Source: Candidatus Saccharimonadota bacterium (GTDB lineage Bacteria > Patescibacteriota > Saccharimonadia > Saccharimonadales > Saccharimonadaceae). From it: a stretch of 32,000 nucleotides of DNA. The translations under genes and the position numbers were made by a program. Of the stretch, positions 8,944 to 16,685 are shown one piece after another; the stretch's first letter is position 1; the number at the start of each line of letters is the position of its first letter. The stretch is taken from contig CP075337.1 of assembly GCA_025349965.1 (NCBI GenBank), forward strand, positions 90,001 to 122,000, read 5' to 3'. The notes beneath the pieces are model-generated. The model made no database searches, had not been told where the DNA came from, and saw only the letters and a list, made by a program, of their open reading frames with translations.

Positions 8944-9032
8944 ATACCTTACAGTATAGCGCAAGAGAGGCTAAAGTTGCGAATAAAACAGGGGTGTGGT
9001 GTAATAGATATAACACAGGTGGAAATATAAAA

Positions 9033-10253
9033 ATGATAAAGAAATTCTTTCATGCTCTTCTTTTGCGACGTCGCTTCTGGCGTTATGCAACCATGAGTGA
9101 AGTTGCAGAGATCTACATGTCCCGCATGCTAAGGGTTATGGCGCTCAATATGATGAGCGCATTTATCGTGATTTATCTGTACCAGAATGGATTTTCGGTG
9201 TCGCTCATCGCGTTTATCTGGGCGGCGCTTTATGGCTTCAAGATGCTTATCGCCTTGCCGCTCGCAACGCTTGTTGCATGGATTGGTCCGAAGCATTCAA
9301 CCTTCGTCTCCAATCTTCTTTATATCCCTGCGATGATTCTTTTTGCACTCATCCCAATACACGGTGACTGGCTGATTATTCCGGCCTTAACGTTTCAGGC
9401 TGTCAGTACTGTGCTGTACACTATTTCTCATTCGGTGAACTTTTCAAAAGTGAAAAGCCTTGAACATGCTGGTAAAGAGATTGCTGTAATGAATATTGTT
9501 GAAAAAGTGGCAGCAGGGCTTACGCCGATGCTCGGCGGTTTTCTGACACTTCTCTGGGGTCCGCAAGTAGTCATTGGTATTTCGGCACTCCTTTTTCTCT
9601 TTGCTGCTGCACCGCTATTTAGAACGGGCGAGCAAGTCCAGACTCGTCGTGTGCTGAAGTTCCGCGGCTTTCCGTGGCGGCTCTTCTTTGGGCAGTTTGG
9701 CGCCCATATTGCCACCGGGTTTGACGGCTTTGCTTCGGGGGTTGTGTGGTCGCTGTATGTTGCGATTATTGTTATAGGGATGGGTCATGGCAACGAGGTC
9801 TATGCCGTTACCGGTGCGCTCCTCTCGGTTGTTTTTGTGGTTTCGCTTATCTTCTCTTACATCTACGGTCGCCTTATTGATAGAAGGAAGGGCTGGCTTT
9901 TGTACAAGACTGGCGTGCTTGCAAGTGTGTTCGTGCACGCGATGAGGCCCTTTATCACAACAACGATTGCGGTTGCGGGACTTAATGCGGTAAAAGAGGC
10001 GACAAATACGGCGTACATGTTGCCGTATACGAGGGCAAGCTTTGACAGTGCTGATATATCAGGTGCGCGCTCTACGTACCTCGGCTTAACAGATGCTACG
10101 AGCAACTTCGGCGCAGCCCTGTCCTCGCTGGCACTTGGTGTGATTGCGTTGGCGATACCTCAAGGTGCCGCAGGGTTCCATGTTTTCTTTTTCATGACAG
10201 CTGCTGTGATGCTTCTTTTCTTGACCGCGCGCTTCCCGCTCTATAAGAAATAG
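9033..10253 (+). CDS. MFS-type transporter
   Basis: About 12 predicted TM helices across 406 aa. ATG 9033 is preceded by AGGTGG at 10 nt. The longer GTG 8994 form is rejected. Confidence 0.7.
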   Translation: MIKKFFHALLLRRRFWRYATMSEVAEIYMSRMLRVMALNMMSAFIVIYLYQNGFSVSLIAFIWAALYGFKMLIALPLATLVAWIGPKHSTFVSNLLYIPAMILFALIPIHGDWLIIPALTFQAVSTVLYTISHSVNFSKVKSLEHAGKEIAVMNIVEKVAAGLTPMLGGFLTLLWGPQVVIGISALLFLFAAAPLFRTGEQVQTRRVLKFRGFPWRLFFGQFGAHIATGFDGFASGVVWSLYVAIIVIGMGHGNEVYAVTGALLSVVFVVSLIFSYIYGRLIDRRKGWLLYKTGVLASVFVHAMRPFITTTIAVAGLNAVKEATNTAYMLPYTRASFDSADISGARSTYLGLTDATSNFGAALSSLALGVIALAIPQGAAGFHVFFFMTAAVMLLFLTARFPLYKK

Positions 10254-10320
10254 CAGTAAAGATGGTACAATAAAAGCAGTTATAGCAAGGTGGGGGCGCG
10301 AGAGTACTGCGTGCAAAAGT

Positions 10321-10953
10321 GTGGAAAATAGAGGAAAAATACAAAAGGGTATAGAAGGGCTGCAGCGAGTACGCACATGGCAGCTTGTTATTCTTTTGAT
10401 TATTTTTGGGTTTGTCGCGGCTACGTTTTTACGTCTTAATAGTATCGGTATGGTGCAGCGACGAGAGGCGGTACTGGCCGCTGATAAGGCGGGGAATGCC
10501 GACATAACCCTTCAAAGGTTGTATGACTTACAACACTATGTTAGTAGCCATATGAATACAGATTTGGGAAAAGGTGTATATCTCGAGGCGGGGTATAATC
10601 GCGATGTTCAGGTGTGGCAAGAGAAGTACTATGGAGACTCCAACCCTAATGGCAATATCCACAAAAAAGCACAAGAAGTTTGTGCGCCAAAATTCTCCTC
10701 TTGGTCACCGGCATATATCCAATGTACCACTAATGAATTGAACAAATATCCCGCTGCTCAGAACCCCGGCGCAGATACGAGTAAGCCCCGGCAAGAGGCG
10801 TACATCCATTCCTTCAGTTCACCGGTCTGGAGTCCAGATTTCGCCGGCTGGAGCGTGCTTGTCGTTGGGGTGATTCTTCTCCTTATTGTGATTAGAATTC
10901 TTGCATACGGAATTCTAAAACTTTTACTAAATAGACACTATAAGCGTGTTTAA
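10321..10953 (+). CDS. Bitopic membrane hypothetical protein
   Basis: An N-terminal TM helix (WQLVILLIIFGFVAATFL) and a C-terminal TM helix (WSVLVVGVILLLIVIRILAYGI) flank an extracytoplasmic domain containing 2 Cys. GTG start with no clear SD, so the start is uncertain. Confidence 0.55.
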   Translation: MENRGKIQKGIEGLQRVRTWQLVILLIIFGFVAATFLRLNSIGMVQRREAVLAADKAGNADITLQRLYDLQHYVSSHMNTDLGKGVYLEAGYNRDVQVWQEKYYGDSNPNGNIHKKAQEVCAPKFSSWSPAYIQCTTNELNKYPAAQNPGADTSKPRQEAYIHSFSSPVWSPDFAGWSVLVVGVILLLIVIRILAYGILKLLLNRHYKRV

Positions 10954-11021
10954 TGTTGACAGCACCCCCTTTGAGGCGGTACGCTAACACCGTATATCAT
11001 TAATAGGAGGTATATACTCAC

Positions 11022-11228
11022 ATGGCGTATAGTCACACAAATTCCAAAGGTATCACTTACTACTTGCACAGCACCGAAGTAACACTTCGCGGCGGAAAGC
11101 CACAAACAATCTTCTTCTTCGCAAAGGTAGAGAAGAACGACAAGGGTACTCCAGTAGACCTTCCAGCAGACCGTATCGTTAAGGAAAACCCACGTAACGG
11201 CTTCCTTACTGTTTCAAAGAAGAAGTAG
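11022..11228 (+). CDS. Small conserved-looking hypothetical protein (68 aa)
   Basis: A very strong SD (TAGGAGGT) lies 9 nt upstream of the ATG. The basic protein (MAYSHTNSKGITYYLHSTEVTLRGGKPQTIFFF...) is followed by the hairpin GGGTCG-aaaatt-CGACCC at 11248-11265. Confidence 0.65.
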   Translation: MAYSHTNSKGITYYLHSTEVTLRGGKPQTIFFFAKVEKNDKGTPVDLPADRIVKENPRNGFLTVSKKK

Positions 11229-11274
11229 TCTCCTAGAGCCTTAGAATGGGTCGAAAATTCGACCCAAAATAGAC

Positions 11275-11303
11275 TTGCACCATAAGCGCTTTGAGCTTAT
11301 ACT
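11275..11303 (+). promoter_or_regulatory. Promoter TTGCAC-17-TATACT
   Basis: -35 at 11275-11280, a 17-nt spacer, and -10 at 11298-11303. It is followed within about 25 nt by the 11326 terminator. Confidence 0.45.
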
Positions 11304-11325
11304 AAGTTCAAACAAACAGGTGCCG

Positions 11326-11358
11326 AAAACACTCCCATTCCCCGGGGGTGTTTTTATT
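11326..11358. terminator. Rho-independent terminator (usable in both directions)
   Basis: AAAACACTCCC / loop ATTCCCC / GGGGGTGTTTT, followed by TATTTG. The reverse complement is followed by TTTTCGGC. Confidence 0.7.
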
Positions 11359-11392
11359 TGTATCATTTCCCCCGTTGCGCTAAATGAGAGCA

Positions 11393-11422
11393 AGCCCCGC
11401 CAGAAGTACCTCTGGCGGGGCT
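11393..11422 (-). terminator. GC-rich 11-bp perfect hairpin downstream of the NrdH-like gene
   Basis: AGCCCCGCCAG / loop AAGTACCT / CTGGCGGGGCT, 31 nt past the stop at 11454. It lacks a strong U-tract (I-shaped style). Confidence 0.5.
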
Positions 11423-11453
11423 ATAAGTGCTCTTGGTTGATGCATGGGTTGGG

Positions 11454-11822
11454 TCATGCCAGCTGCGGCACGAGCGACTTGATTGCAGCAAGCGCCTCAA
11501 TGTTGTCGGGGTTAAGGCCGCTCCAGTGAGCAAAGCCTTCGGTTCGCAGGCCGGTAATCATCTTGCGGGCGAGCTCGTTCTTCGTGATAGTCTCGAAGAC
11601 AACCTCGTCGGCAGGGATCTGCCGCTTCAGGTCATCGTCGATTTCCACGGTGACGACAGGTGCCTGCAGGTAGCCGAGCTCCTTGACGCGAGCGAGATCA
11701 GCGCTGTGCTCATCGGCCGAAATGTCCGGGATGATGGCATGTGCAATCTCGTGCTTGTCGAACAGCTCCCCAGTGCGGGTGCACTGCCAGCAGACGAGCT
11801 TCTTGTACAGCGTAACATTCAT
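11454..11822 (-). CDS. nrdH: NrdH-like glutaredoxin-fold redoxin with an internal insertion of about 35 aa
   Basis: MNVTLYKKLVCWQCTRT carries the CxxC motif (NrdH has CVQC). APVVTV and the NrdH-type C-terminal motif WSGLNPD (NrdH has WSGFRPD) are present. AAAGGA lies upstream of ATG 11822. Three hand-counted 60-nt lines give 57-60% GC. Confidence 0.7.
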   Translation of the reverse strand: MNVTLYKKLVCWQCTRTGELFDKHEIAHAIIPDISADEHSADLARVKELGYLQAPVVTVEIDDDLKRQIPADEVVFETITKNELARKMITGLRTEGFAHWSGLNPDNIEALAAIKSLVPQLA

Positions 11823-12094
11823 TTTCTTATTCCTTTCAAAAGTGTCAGTCACAAGCGCGACTGGCGAATCAGAAGGGAAATAGCATCATGTCCAAGAGCG
11901 ATTCAGGCACTCATGAACAAGGAATACTACCCCCTATAGGCGTACTCAACCCTCCAGTGAGAGTGCGAATCTGTGTTTCATTGTACGCCTCCCGCTCGGC
12001 TAGGGCTAGGGCTATATGGTGTGAAAACGTAGTAAAATACGCTATATATGGTGGATAAGTAGGGTAGCCTGTAATTCCAACCGAGGTAGAGCGA

Positions 12095-12123
12095 TTGACT
12101 TTTTTACAAGCTTATGCTATAAT
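12095..12123 (+). promoter_or_regulatory. Near-consensus promoter TTGACT-17-TGcTATAAT positioned for a leaderless transcript
   Basis: TTGACT 12095-12100 and TATAAT 12118-12123, then GCAGTC and ATG 12130. It is 24/29 identical to the promoter at 17500-17528. Confidence 0.7.
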
Positions 12124-12129
12124 GCAGTC

Positions 12130-12972
12130 ATGGAAAACAGCCGTATCTCACCTCAAAGCCACGGCGCTCAAGTAGGGCTTGAAGCCCCAACTCTTTTTGA
12201 TGATTGGGATGAGCAAACAGGCGAGTTTGATACGGGACAACTAAAGGTCATTGAGCAGGCTACTGAAATTGTTGAGCAAAGCCAAGAGCGGACGCGCCAT
12301 CTTCTTGATTTGGGCGGAGTGGCGATGCTGCGATTTGCTGAGGTCGAGGTAGGGCCAAAGCCCGCACACCTTACTGTTGCCGACGCGCAGCGCAAGCTTG
12401 AGGCGCAGCGGGAGAGGGATGACCGAAACGATGCTTACAGCGAGTACGGTAGCCGCGAGGTGTACCCATTTGCTACAGCCCTTGACGCTTATGAGCCGTG
12501 GCACGAGCAAACGCGCCGGATGATTGAACAGTATCAGGTGAGCACTATGGACCGCTCGGATTTTGAGGCAATGAGCAAATCCCACCAAAAGGCATTGAGC
12601 TATAGCTTCTTTAGAGACTATGAGCGTACGAAAACACTGAAGCGTTTGATTGAGGAGAATCACGGCGAAGCTCAAAACGATCAATATTTAATTGAGGCGT
12701 TTGGCCGGAGTCATTCCGCACCAGAACTGCAAAGTTATGCTCGAGTGCTTGAGGGGCTTCTTCGTGATGTTGAGTCAACTGGTATCCCGTGGGCGGTGCG
12801 CAAGGTCCTAGGAGTGCCCGATCCACGTCAGAGTAGCTCGGCCGGTAAAAGCTATTTTGAAAAAATGCGCGCTCAGGCGTTGAAAAAATGTATGTCAGAC
12901 TATGCTAAAAATGGTCCAGCTCAAGTGGTGCTTGGTAATAGTGGCTATGTCGTACGACGCATAAGTAAGTAA
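12130..12972 (+). CDS. Acidic cytoplasmic hypothetical protein (280 aa)
   Basis: Long ORF behind a near-consensus promoter. No TM helix, signal peptide or family motif was recognised. Confidence 0.6.
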   Translation: MENSRISPQSHGAQVGLEAPTLFDDWDEQTGEFDTGQLKVIEQATEIVEQSQERTRHLLDLGGVAMLRFAEVEVGPKPAHLTVADAQRKLEAQRERDDRNDAYSEYGSREVYPFATALDAYEPWHEQTRRMIEQYQVSTMDRSDFEAMSKSHQKALSYSFFRDYERTKTLKRLIEENHGEAQNDQYLIEAFGRSHSAPELQSYARVLEGLLRDVESTGIPWAVRKVLGVPDPRQSSSAGKSYFEKMRAQALKKCMSDYAKNGPAQVVLGNSGYVVRRISK

Positions 12973-12978
12973 CGGTCT

Positions 12979-13509
12979 TTAATTGGGTGACTTGAACCAC
13001 TGTGCATATACTGCACGTGCTTTGGAAATTTTAGGGCTAATAACAACCGAACAATAGCCGCTGTCTGGATTCTTATTAAAGTAATCTTGATGTTCGCCTT
13101 CTGCTGGGTAAAACACGTCAAGCGGTGTAATTTGCGTAACAATTGCATCACCCCAGTGTTTAGTGGCACGCTGGATTGCGGCAGTAAAGTCTTGGCGCTG
13201 CGCTTCATCTGCGTAGAACATCGCAGAACGGTACTGAGGGCCAGTGTCGGCCCCTTGACGATTAAGTGTGGTGGGGTCGTGCACCAGGAAGAATAGGTCA
13301 AGGATAACTTCTTTAGAAATAACAGCTTCGTTAAAAGTAATTTGAACGGCTTCGGCATGGTCTGTTGCCCCAGTAGCAACACGTAAGTAATGGGCGTCGG
13401 TTTGCGAACCGCCGCTATATCCGCTTATCACCTTCTCAACACCTTTTAGGCGACGATATACTGCGTCAAGGCACCAGAAGCAGCCACCGGCTAGTACGTA
13501 GGTAGTCAT
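12979..13509 (-). CDS. msrA: Peptide-methionine (S)-S-oxide reductase
   Basis: Active-site motif LAGGCFWC at the N-terminus, GYSGG, and a length of 176 aa. Confidence 0.95.
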   Translation of the reverse strand: MTTYVLAGGCFWCLDAVYRRLKGVEKVISGYSGGSQTDAHYLRVATGATDHAEAVQITFNEAVISKEVILDLFFLVHDPTTLNRQGADTGPQYRSAMFYADEAQRQDFTAAIQRATKHWGDAIVTQITPLDVFYPAEGEHQDYFNKNPDSGYCSVVISPKISKARAVYAQWFKSPN

Positions 13510-13515
13510 ACTTTT

Positions 13516-13524
13516 ATTATAACA
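13516..13524 (-). promoter_or_regulatory. Extended -10 (TGtTATAAT) 6 nt upstream of the msrA ATG
   Basis: The minus strand reads TGTTATAAT-AAAAGT-ATG. There is no room for an SD. Confidence 0.55.
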
Positions 13525-13526
13525 AT

Positions 13527-13549
13527 AAGATCAGGCATGGCCTGATCTT
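13527..13549 (-). terminator. Hairpin downstream of tRNA(CAT) 13565-13640
   Basis: AAGATCAGGC-atg-GCCTGATCTT is a 10-bp perfect inverted repeat. On the minus strand it is followed by ATTGTTATAAT. Confidence 0.5.
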
Positions 13550-13564
13550 GCTGGGTGTCTAGAA

Positions 13565-13640
13565 TGGTGGGGCTGGTTGGAATCGAACCAACTACCAAGT
13601 GGTTATGAGCCGCCTGCTCTAACCGATGAGCTACAGCCCC
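13565..13640 (-). tRNA. tRNA with CAT anticodon, Ile2(lysidine)-like or elongator Met; CCA encoded
   Basis: The reverse complement GGGGCTGTAGCTCATCGGTTAGAGCAGGCGGCTCATAACCACTTGGTAGTTGGTTCGATTCCAACCAGCCCCACCA folds as a 76-nt cloverleaf. The anticodon arm AGGCGGCTCATAACC resembles E. coli ileX as I recall it. There is one C-A mismatch in the anticodon stem. Confidence 0.9.
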
Positions 13641-13743
13641 AATGCTTTTTATTATACCGCCTTTAACCCTTGTCGCCAATGGGATTGTTTTGATGAGACC
13701 TCTGTTTGCTTAATGCTATAATAAGCGTAAGGCATATGGTCTT

Positions 13744-14220
13744 ATGAAGCAGTCCGATATACAAAAAATCGTTTACCGAATACGGCACAAATATTTCACG
13801 TTTAACAACGTAGTTATTTTTGTGGCGTTTTTAATTGCGGTAGGGTGGCTATGGGGCTCTCTACAGGTAATGCAGCGTAATTATACACTGCAACGCGAAG
13901 TAGATAATAAGCGTCGGGAGCTTATGGTGACGCGTCTTCAGAAAGACAGTCTTGAGCTCCAGAAGCGATATTATCAAACGAATGAGTACAAAGAGATGGC
14001 GGCGCGTGAATCACTCGGGCTCGTGATGCCGGGTGAGCGCGTGCTTATTTTACCGGCGAACACTGAAGCTGTTAAAAAAGCTGATACACAGGCGGCAAAT
14101 CGTGGAGTTGTTACAGAGGCGACACCACTTACTACCGAGGCGAGCAATGTTGAGCAATGGATGAACTTCTTGTTTGGCGGGTACAGTCAGAGTATGCGGG
14201 CGGCGGAGGAAGAAAAATAG
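13744..14220 (+). CDS. FtsB/DivIC-like septum formation initiator
   Basis: An N-terminal TM helix (VVIFVAFLIAVGWLWG) followed by a coiled coil, then the family-typical ARESLGLVMPGERVLILP segment. An extended -10 TGcTATAAT at 13714-13722 lies upstream. Confidence 0.65.
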   Translation: MKQSDIQKIVYRIRHKYFTFNNVVIFVAFLIAVGWLWGSLQVMQRNYTLQREVDNKRRELMVTRLQKDSLELQKRYYQTNEYKEMAARESLGLVMPGERVLILPANTEAVKKADTQAANRGVVTEATPLTTEASNVEQWMNFLFGGYSQSMRAAEEEK

Positions 14221-14223
14221 ACA

Positions 14224-14247
14224 AACAAAAAAGACCTTCCAGTCTTT
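14224..14247 (-). terminator. Rho-independent terminator of the initiator-like tRNA
   Basis: The minus strand reads AAAGAC-TGGAAG-GTCTTTTTTGTTTG, beginning 13 nt after the CCA end. Confidence 0.6.
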
Positions 14248-14260
14248 GAAAAGTCTTTCT

Positions 14261-14338
14261 TGGTAGCGGGGGCAGGATTTGAACCTGCGACCTTGTGGTT
14301 ATGAGCCACACGAGCTAACCGGGCTGCTCCACCCCGCG
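14261..14338 (-). tRNA. Initiator-like tRNA-Met (CAT), CCA encoded
   Basis: The reverse complement is CGCGGGGTGGAGCAGCCCGGTTAGCTCGTGTGGCTCATAACCACAAGGTCGCAGGTTCAAATCCTGCCCCCGCTACCA. It is near-identical in the acceptor, D and T arms to E. coli tRNA-fMet as I recall it. It has an unpaired 1:72 position (C:U). Only two of the three G-C pairs expected at the base of the anticodon stem are present. Confidence 0.9.
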
Positions 14339-14441
14339 GTACCATAGTAGTATAACAGAGAGGATGGGACATTGCAACCGTAGCCCGCTTGTATAGTGGT
14401 GGTATCGGGCGTATGATAAAAGTAATAACGGAGGTATGGGT

Positions 14442-15005
14442 ATGGATCTGCTCAAGAAGCTCGAACACACTATAGCGGGATGGTTAAAATCGGTTCCGCA
14501 TTTGCCAGCCGAGGGGCGAACATGGCTCGGAAATAATATTTGGTGGATTGTTATTATTGGGGCGGTTGCGTGCGGGCTGGCTATTATTAGCACGCTCGGG
14601 GTGCTTTTTGGAAGCATGGCGCTCTTTGGTGCGGTTGGACTGCCGAGCTATGTGGCGTCGACAGTGGTTGCATGGGGGATTGTCCATTCGCTCGTGGCAT
14701 TGGTCTTTCTCGTGGTGCAGGGTATTCTATTCGTTACGGCAATTCAGCCACTTCGCGCAAAGGTGAAGCGGGGTTGGGTGCTGCTTTTTGCAACACTTCT
14801 CGTGGGTGCGCTTTCCATCGTACTTAATGCGGTACTGACGTTGAGCATCGGTGATTTTATCGTCAGTATTCTCATGGGCGCAATTGGACTTGCGATTGGC
14901 GCATACTTTATCTTTGAAATTCATGGTGAGTTTGCCCATGACGAGCGCTTGAAGAAGGATGTTCGACCAGCCGAAGAAGTGCCCGACCGTCCAGTCGATG
15001 CTTAG
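14442..15005 (+). CDS. Polytopic membrane hypothetical protein
   Basis: About 5 TM helices. GGAGGT lies 6 nt upstream of ATG 14442, whereas ATG 14436 abuts the SD. Its stop overlaps the convergent flavoprotein stop within TTAG. Confidence 0.6.
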   Translation: MDLLKKLEHTIAGWLKSVPHLPAEGRTWLGNNIWWIVIIGAVACGLAIISTLGVLFGSMALFGAVGLPSYVASTVVAWGIVHSLVALVFLVVQGILFVTAIQPLRAKVKRGWVLLFATLLVGALSIVLNAVLTLSIGDFIVSILMGAIGLAIGAYFIFEIHGEFAHDERLKKDVRPAEEVPDRPVDA

Positions 15006-16375
15006 ATAAGTTTCTGCGCAGTCACTCGCACTACTTCGCCCCAAGAGAGGAATGCATGCGGCGTCTCGGCAAGTTGCGCTGCGGTAAGGCCGTATTTTAC
15101 CGCAAGGCCAATTTCGTGAATCATTTCGGCTGCATGCGGGGCAACGATGGTTCCGCCAAGAATGACTCCTTTTTTATCAGTGATAATCTTTGCGAATCCA
15201 TCTCGGAAATCGGCAGTATTGCTACGAGCAATAATAGAGAGCGGAGTGGTCGCCTTCTTAATGGCAAGGTCGCGACGGCGGCAATCATCTTCTGTGAAGC
15301 CGACGTGTGCAATTTCTGGGCTCGCTGACACGACACTTGGTGTCGCAGTGTAATCTGGGGCGATACGGTTCTTATTGAGGATATTATGGGCAGCGACTCG
15401 ACTTTCAAGTAGGGCATTGTGCGTGTTGCTCATGCGCCCAAGGACGTCTCCAGCTGCAAAAATATGCGATGTGCTTGTCTGGAGGTGATCATTTACCTCA
15501 ATACCTTTGGCGGTATATTCAATAGAGGCGTTTTCGAGCCCGAGATCAACATTTGGTGTGCGTCCAGCTGCAACAAGAATTTCATCGGCGCGAACATATT
15601 TTTCCGTTCCCCCGCGAGTAATGAGGATTTTCTTGCCTAAGCCTTCTTTTTCAACAGAGAGGACGCGACTATGCGTGAGGACGGTTGCCCCTTTTTGCTC
15701 GGTCAGGACTTTTTCGGTCAGTTCACCCACTTCGGCATCAAAAGCGGGGAGAAGGCGTCCAGCTTGCTCGGCCAGATAGACTTTTGTTCCTAGTGTTGCC
15801 ATAATGTGGGCAATTTCAACACCGTACTGGCCACCACCAATAATGAAAAGACTCTTTGGTGGACGGAGTGCTTCAAGGATGGTGCGCGGGGTGTAGTGCT
15901 TTATCTCGGCGAGACCTTGAATTGATGGCTCCACCCAAGATGAGCCGGTTGCTACGAGGAAATATTGCGCCGAAAGACGACGTCGATTAACGGTAATTTC
16001 ATGCGGGGTTAAGAAATGAGCCTTGCCCTGAAAGGCGCTAATATTGTGCTTTTCATAAAAACGGCGGTTGTTAGCTGCGCCAGTGCGCTTTACGGCAGTC
16101 TCTTTCCATGCACGGATAGAAGGGTAGTTATAGCCAAGTGTTGAGGTGCGGAGGCCGAAGCGGCTTGCTTGTTTCGCTTCGTCATAGATGCGCGTCGCGT
16201 GGAGGAGTGCCTTGGTTGGTACGTCACCCCAGTTTGGTGAGTCACCACCAAAAGTGTCTTCTTCAATAATTGCAACACGCTTTCCGGCGCGCGCCACAAT
16301 AGTTGCCGCTGCGCTTCCGCCAGCGCCGCTTCCTATAATGATGAGGTCGTAATCAAATGTGTGTTTTTTTGCCAT
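15002..16375 (-). CDS. FAD/NAD(P)-dependent pyridine nucleotide-disulfide oxidoreductase family protein lacking the redox-active cysteine pair (E3/SthA-like)
   Basis: FAD site DLIIIGSGAGGSAAA and NAD site FIIGGGQYGVEIA are present, as is a C-terminal interface segment ETPHAFLSWGE. The canonical GGTCLNVGCIPSK reads FGGDSPNWGDVPTK, so Cys becomes Ser and Cys becomes Asp. AAGGAG lies 8 nt upstream of the ATG. Confidence 0.85.
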   Translation of the reverse strand: MAKKHTFDYDLIIIGSGAGGSAAATIVARAGKRVAIIEEDTFGGDSPNWGDVPTKALLHATRIYDEAKQASRFGLRTSTLGYNYPSIRAWKETAVKRTGAANNRRFYEKHNISAFQGKAHFLTPHEITVNRRRLSAQYFLVATGSSWVEPSIQGLAEIKHYTPRTILEALRPPKSLFIIGGGQYGVEIAHIMATLGTKVYLAEQAGRLLPAFDAEVGELTEKVLTEQKGATVLTHSRVLSVEKEGLGKKILITRGGTEKYVRADEILVAAGRTPNVDLGLENASIEYTAKGIEVNDHLQTSTSHIFAAGDVLGRMSNTHNALLESRVAAHNILNKNRIAPDYTATPSVVSASPEIAHVGFTEDDCRRRDLAIKKATTPLSIIARSNTADFRDGFAKIITDKKGVILGGTIVAPHAAEMIHEIGLAVKYGLTAAQLAETPHAFLSWGEVVRVTAQKLI

Positions 16376-16387
16376 GGTGGATGCTCC

Positions 16388-16684
16388 TTATAGTATCGAT
16401 CGGTGGTTTTCGTACAGATAGCTTGCGTCTGGGTGGTAGGTTTTGAGTCGAGCTGCCGCAATTCTTCGTAGGTCGGCGCTGGTCACTTCGGGACGTTTCT
16501 CGAGCCATGAAAGCACTTCATCGGTCACTTTGCGGGCAATAGACTCTGCTTGTCCGGTTGGCGCGCCTGAGCTAATGCAGGCAACCGTGATACTCTTGTG
16601 GAGCTTCTCTCTATCGAACGGCTCAAGTGCCTGGCGAATCCGTTTCTTATTTTGACGCTTTAAGACGTGAATAGGCGTGTCCAT
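16388..16684 (-). CDS. Stand-alone ATP-cone domain protein
   Basis: About 98 aa from ATG 16684 (MDTPIHVLKRQNKK...EPFDREKLHKSI...AESIARKVTDEVLSWL...DLRRIAAARLKTYHPDASYLY), matching the ATP-cone pattern. There is no zinc ribbon, so it is not a full NrdR. AGGAG SD is present. The start is 1 nt from the upstream stop. Confidence 0.7.
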   Translation of the reverse strand: MDTPIHVLKRQNKKRIRQALEPFDREKLHKSITVACISSGAPTGQAESIARKVTDEVLSWLEKRPEVTSADLRRIAAARLKTYHPDASYLYENHRSIL

Positions 16685-16685
16685 C

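Noticed and set aside
8944-8964. A 7-codon N-terminal extension of the Mur ligase
   Set aside because: The 8964 codon is TTG. The ATG at 8943 gives the canonical MNIYFSGIGG N-terminus. A TATACT hexamer lies 9 nt upstream, so this gene is not counted as a clean leaderless case.
11427-11939. 170-aa plus-strand ORF, plus 11275-11529, 11627-11818 and 11683-11883
   Set aside because: These are mirror ORFs typical of a GC-rich segment. The minus-strand frame carries the NrdH CxxC and WSGxxPD motifs.
14187-14617. Minus-strand ORFs of 93 and 100 aa
   Set aside because: They run through the initiator-like tRNA gene and its terminator, so they are not coding.
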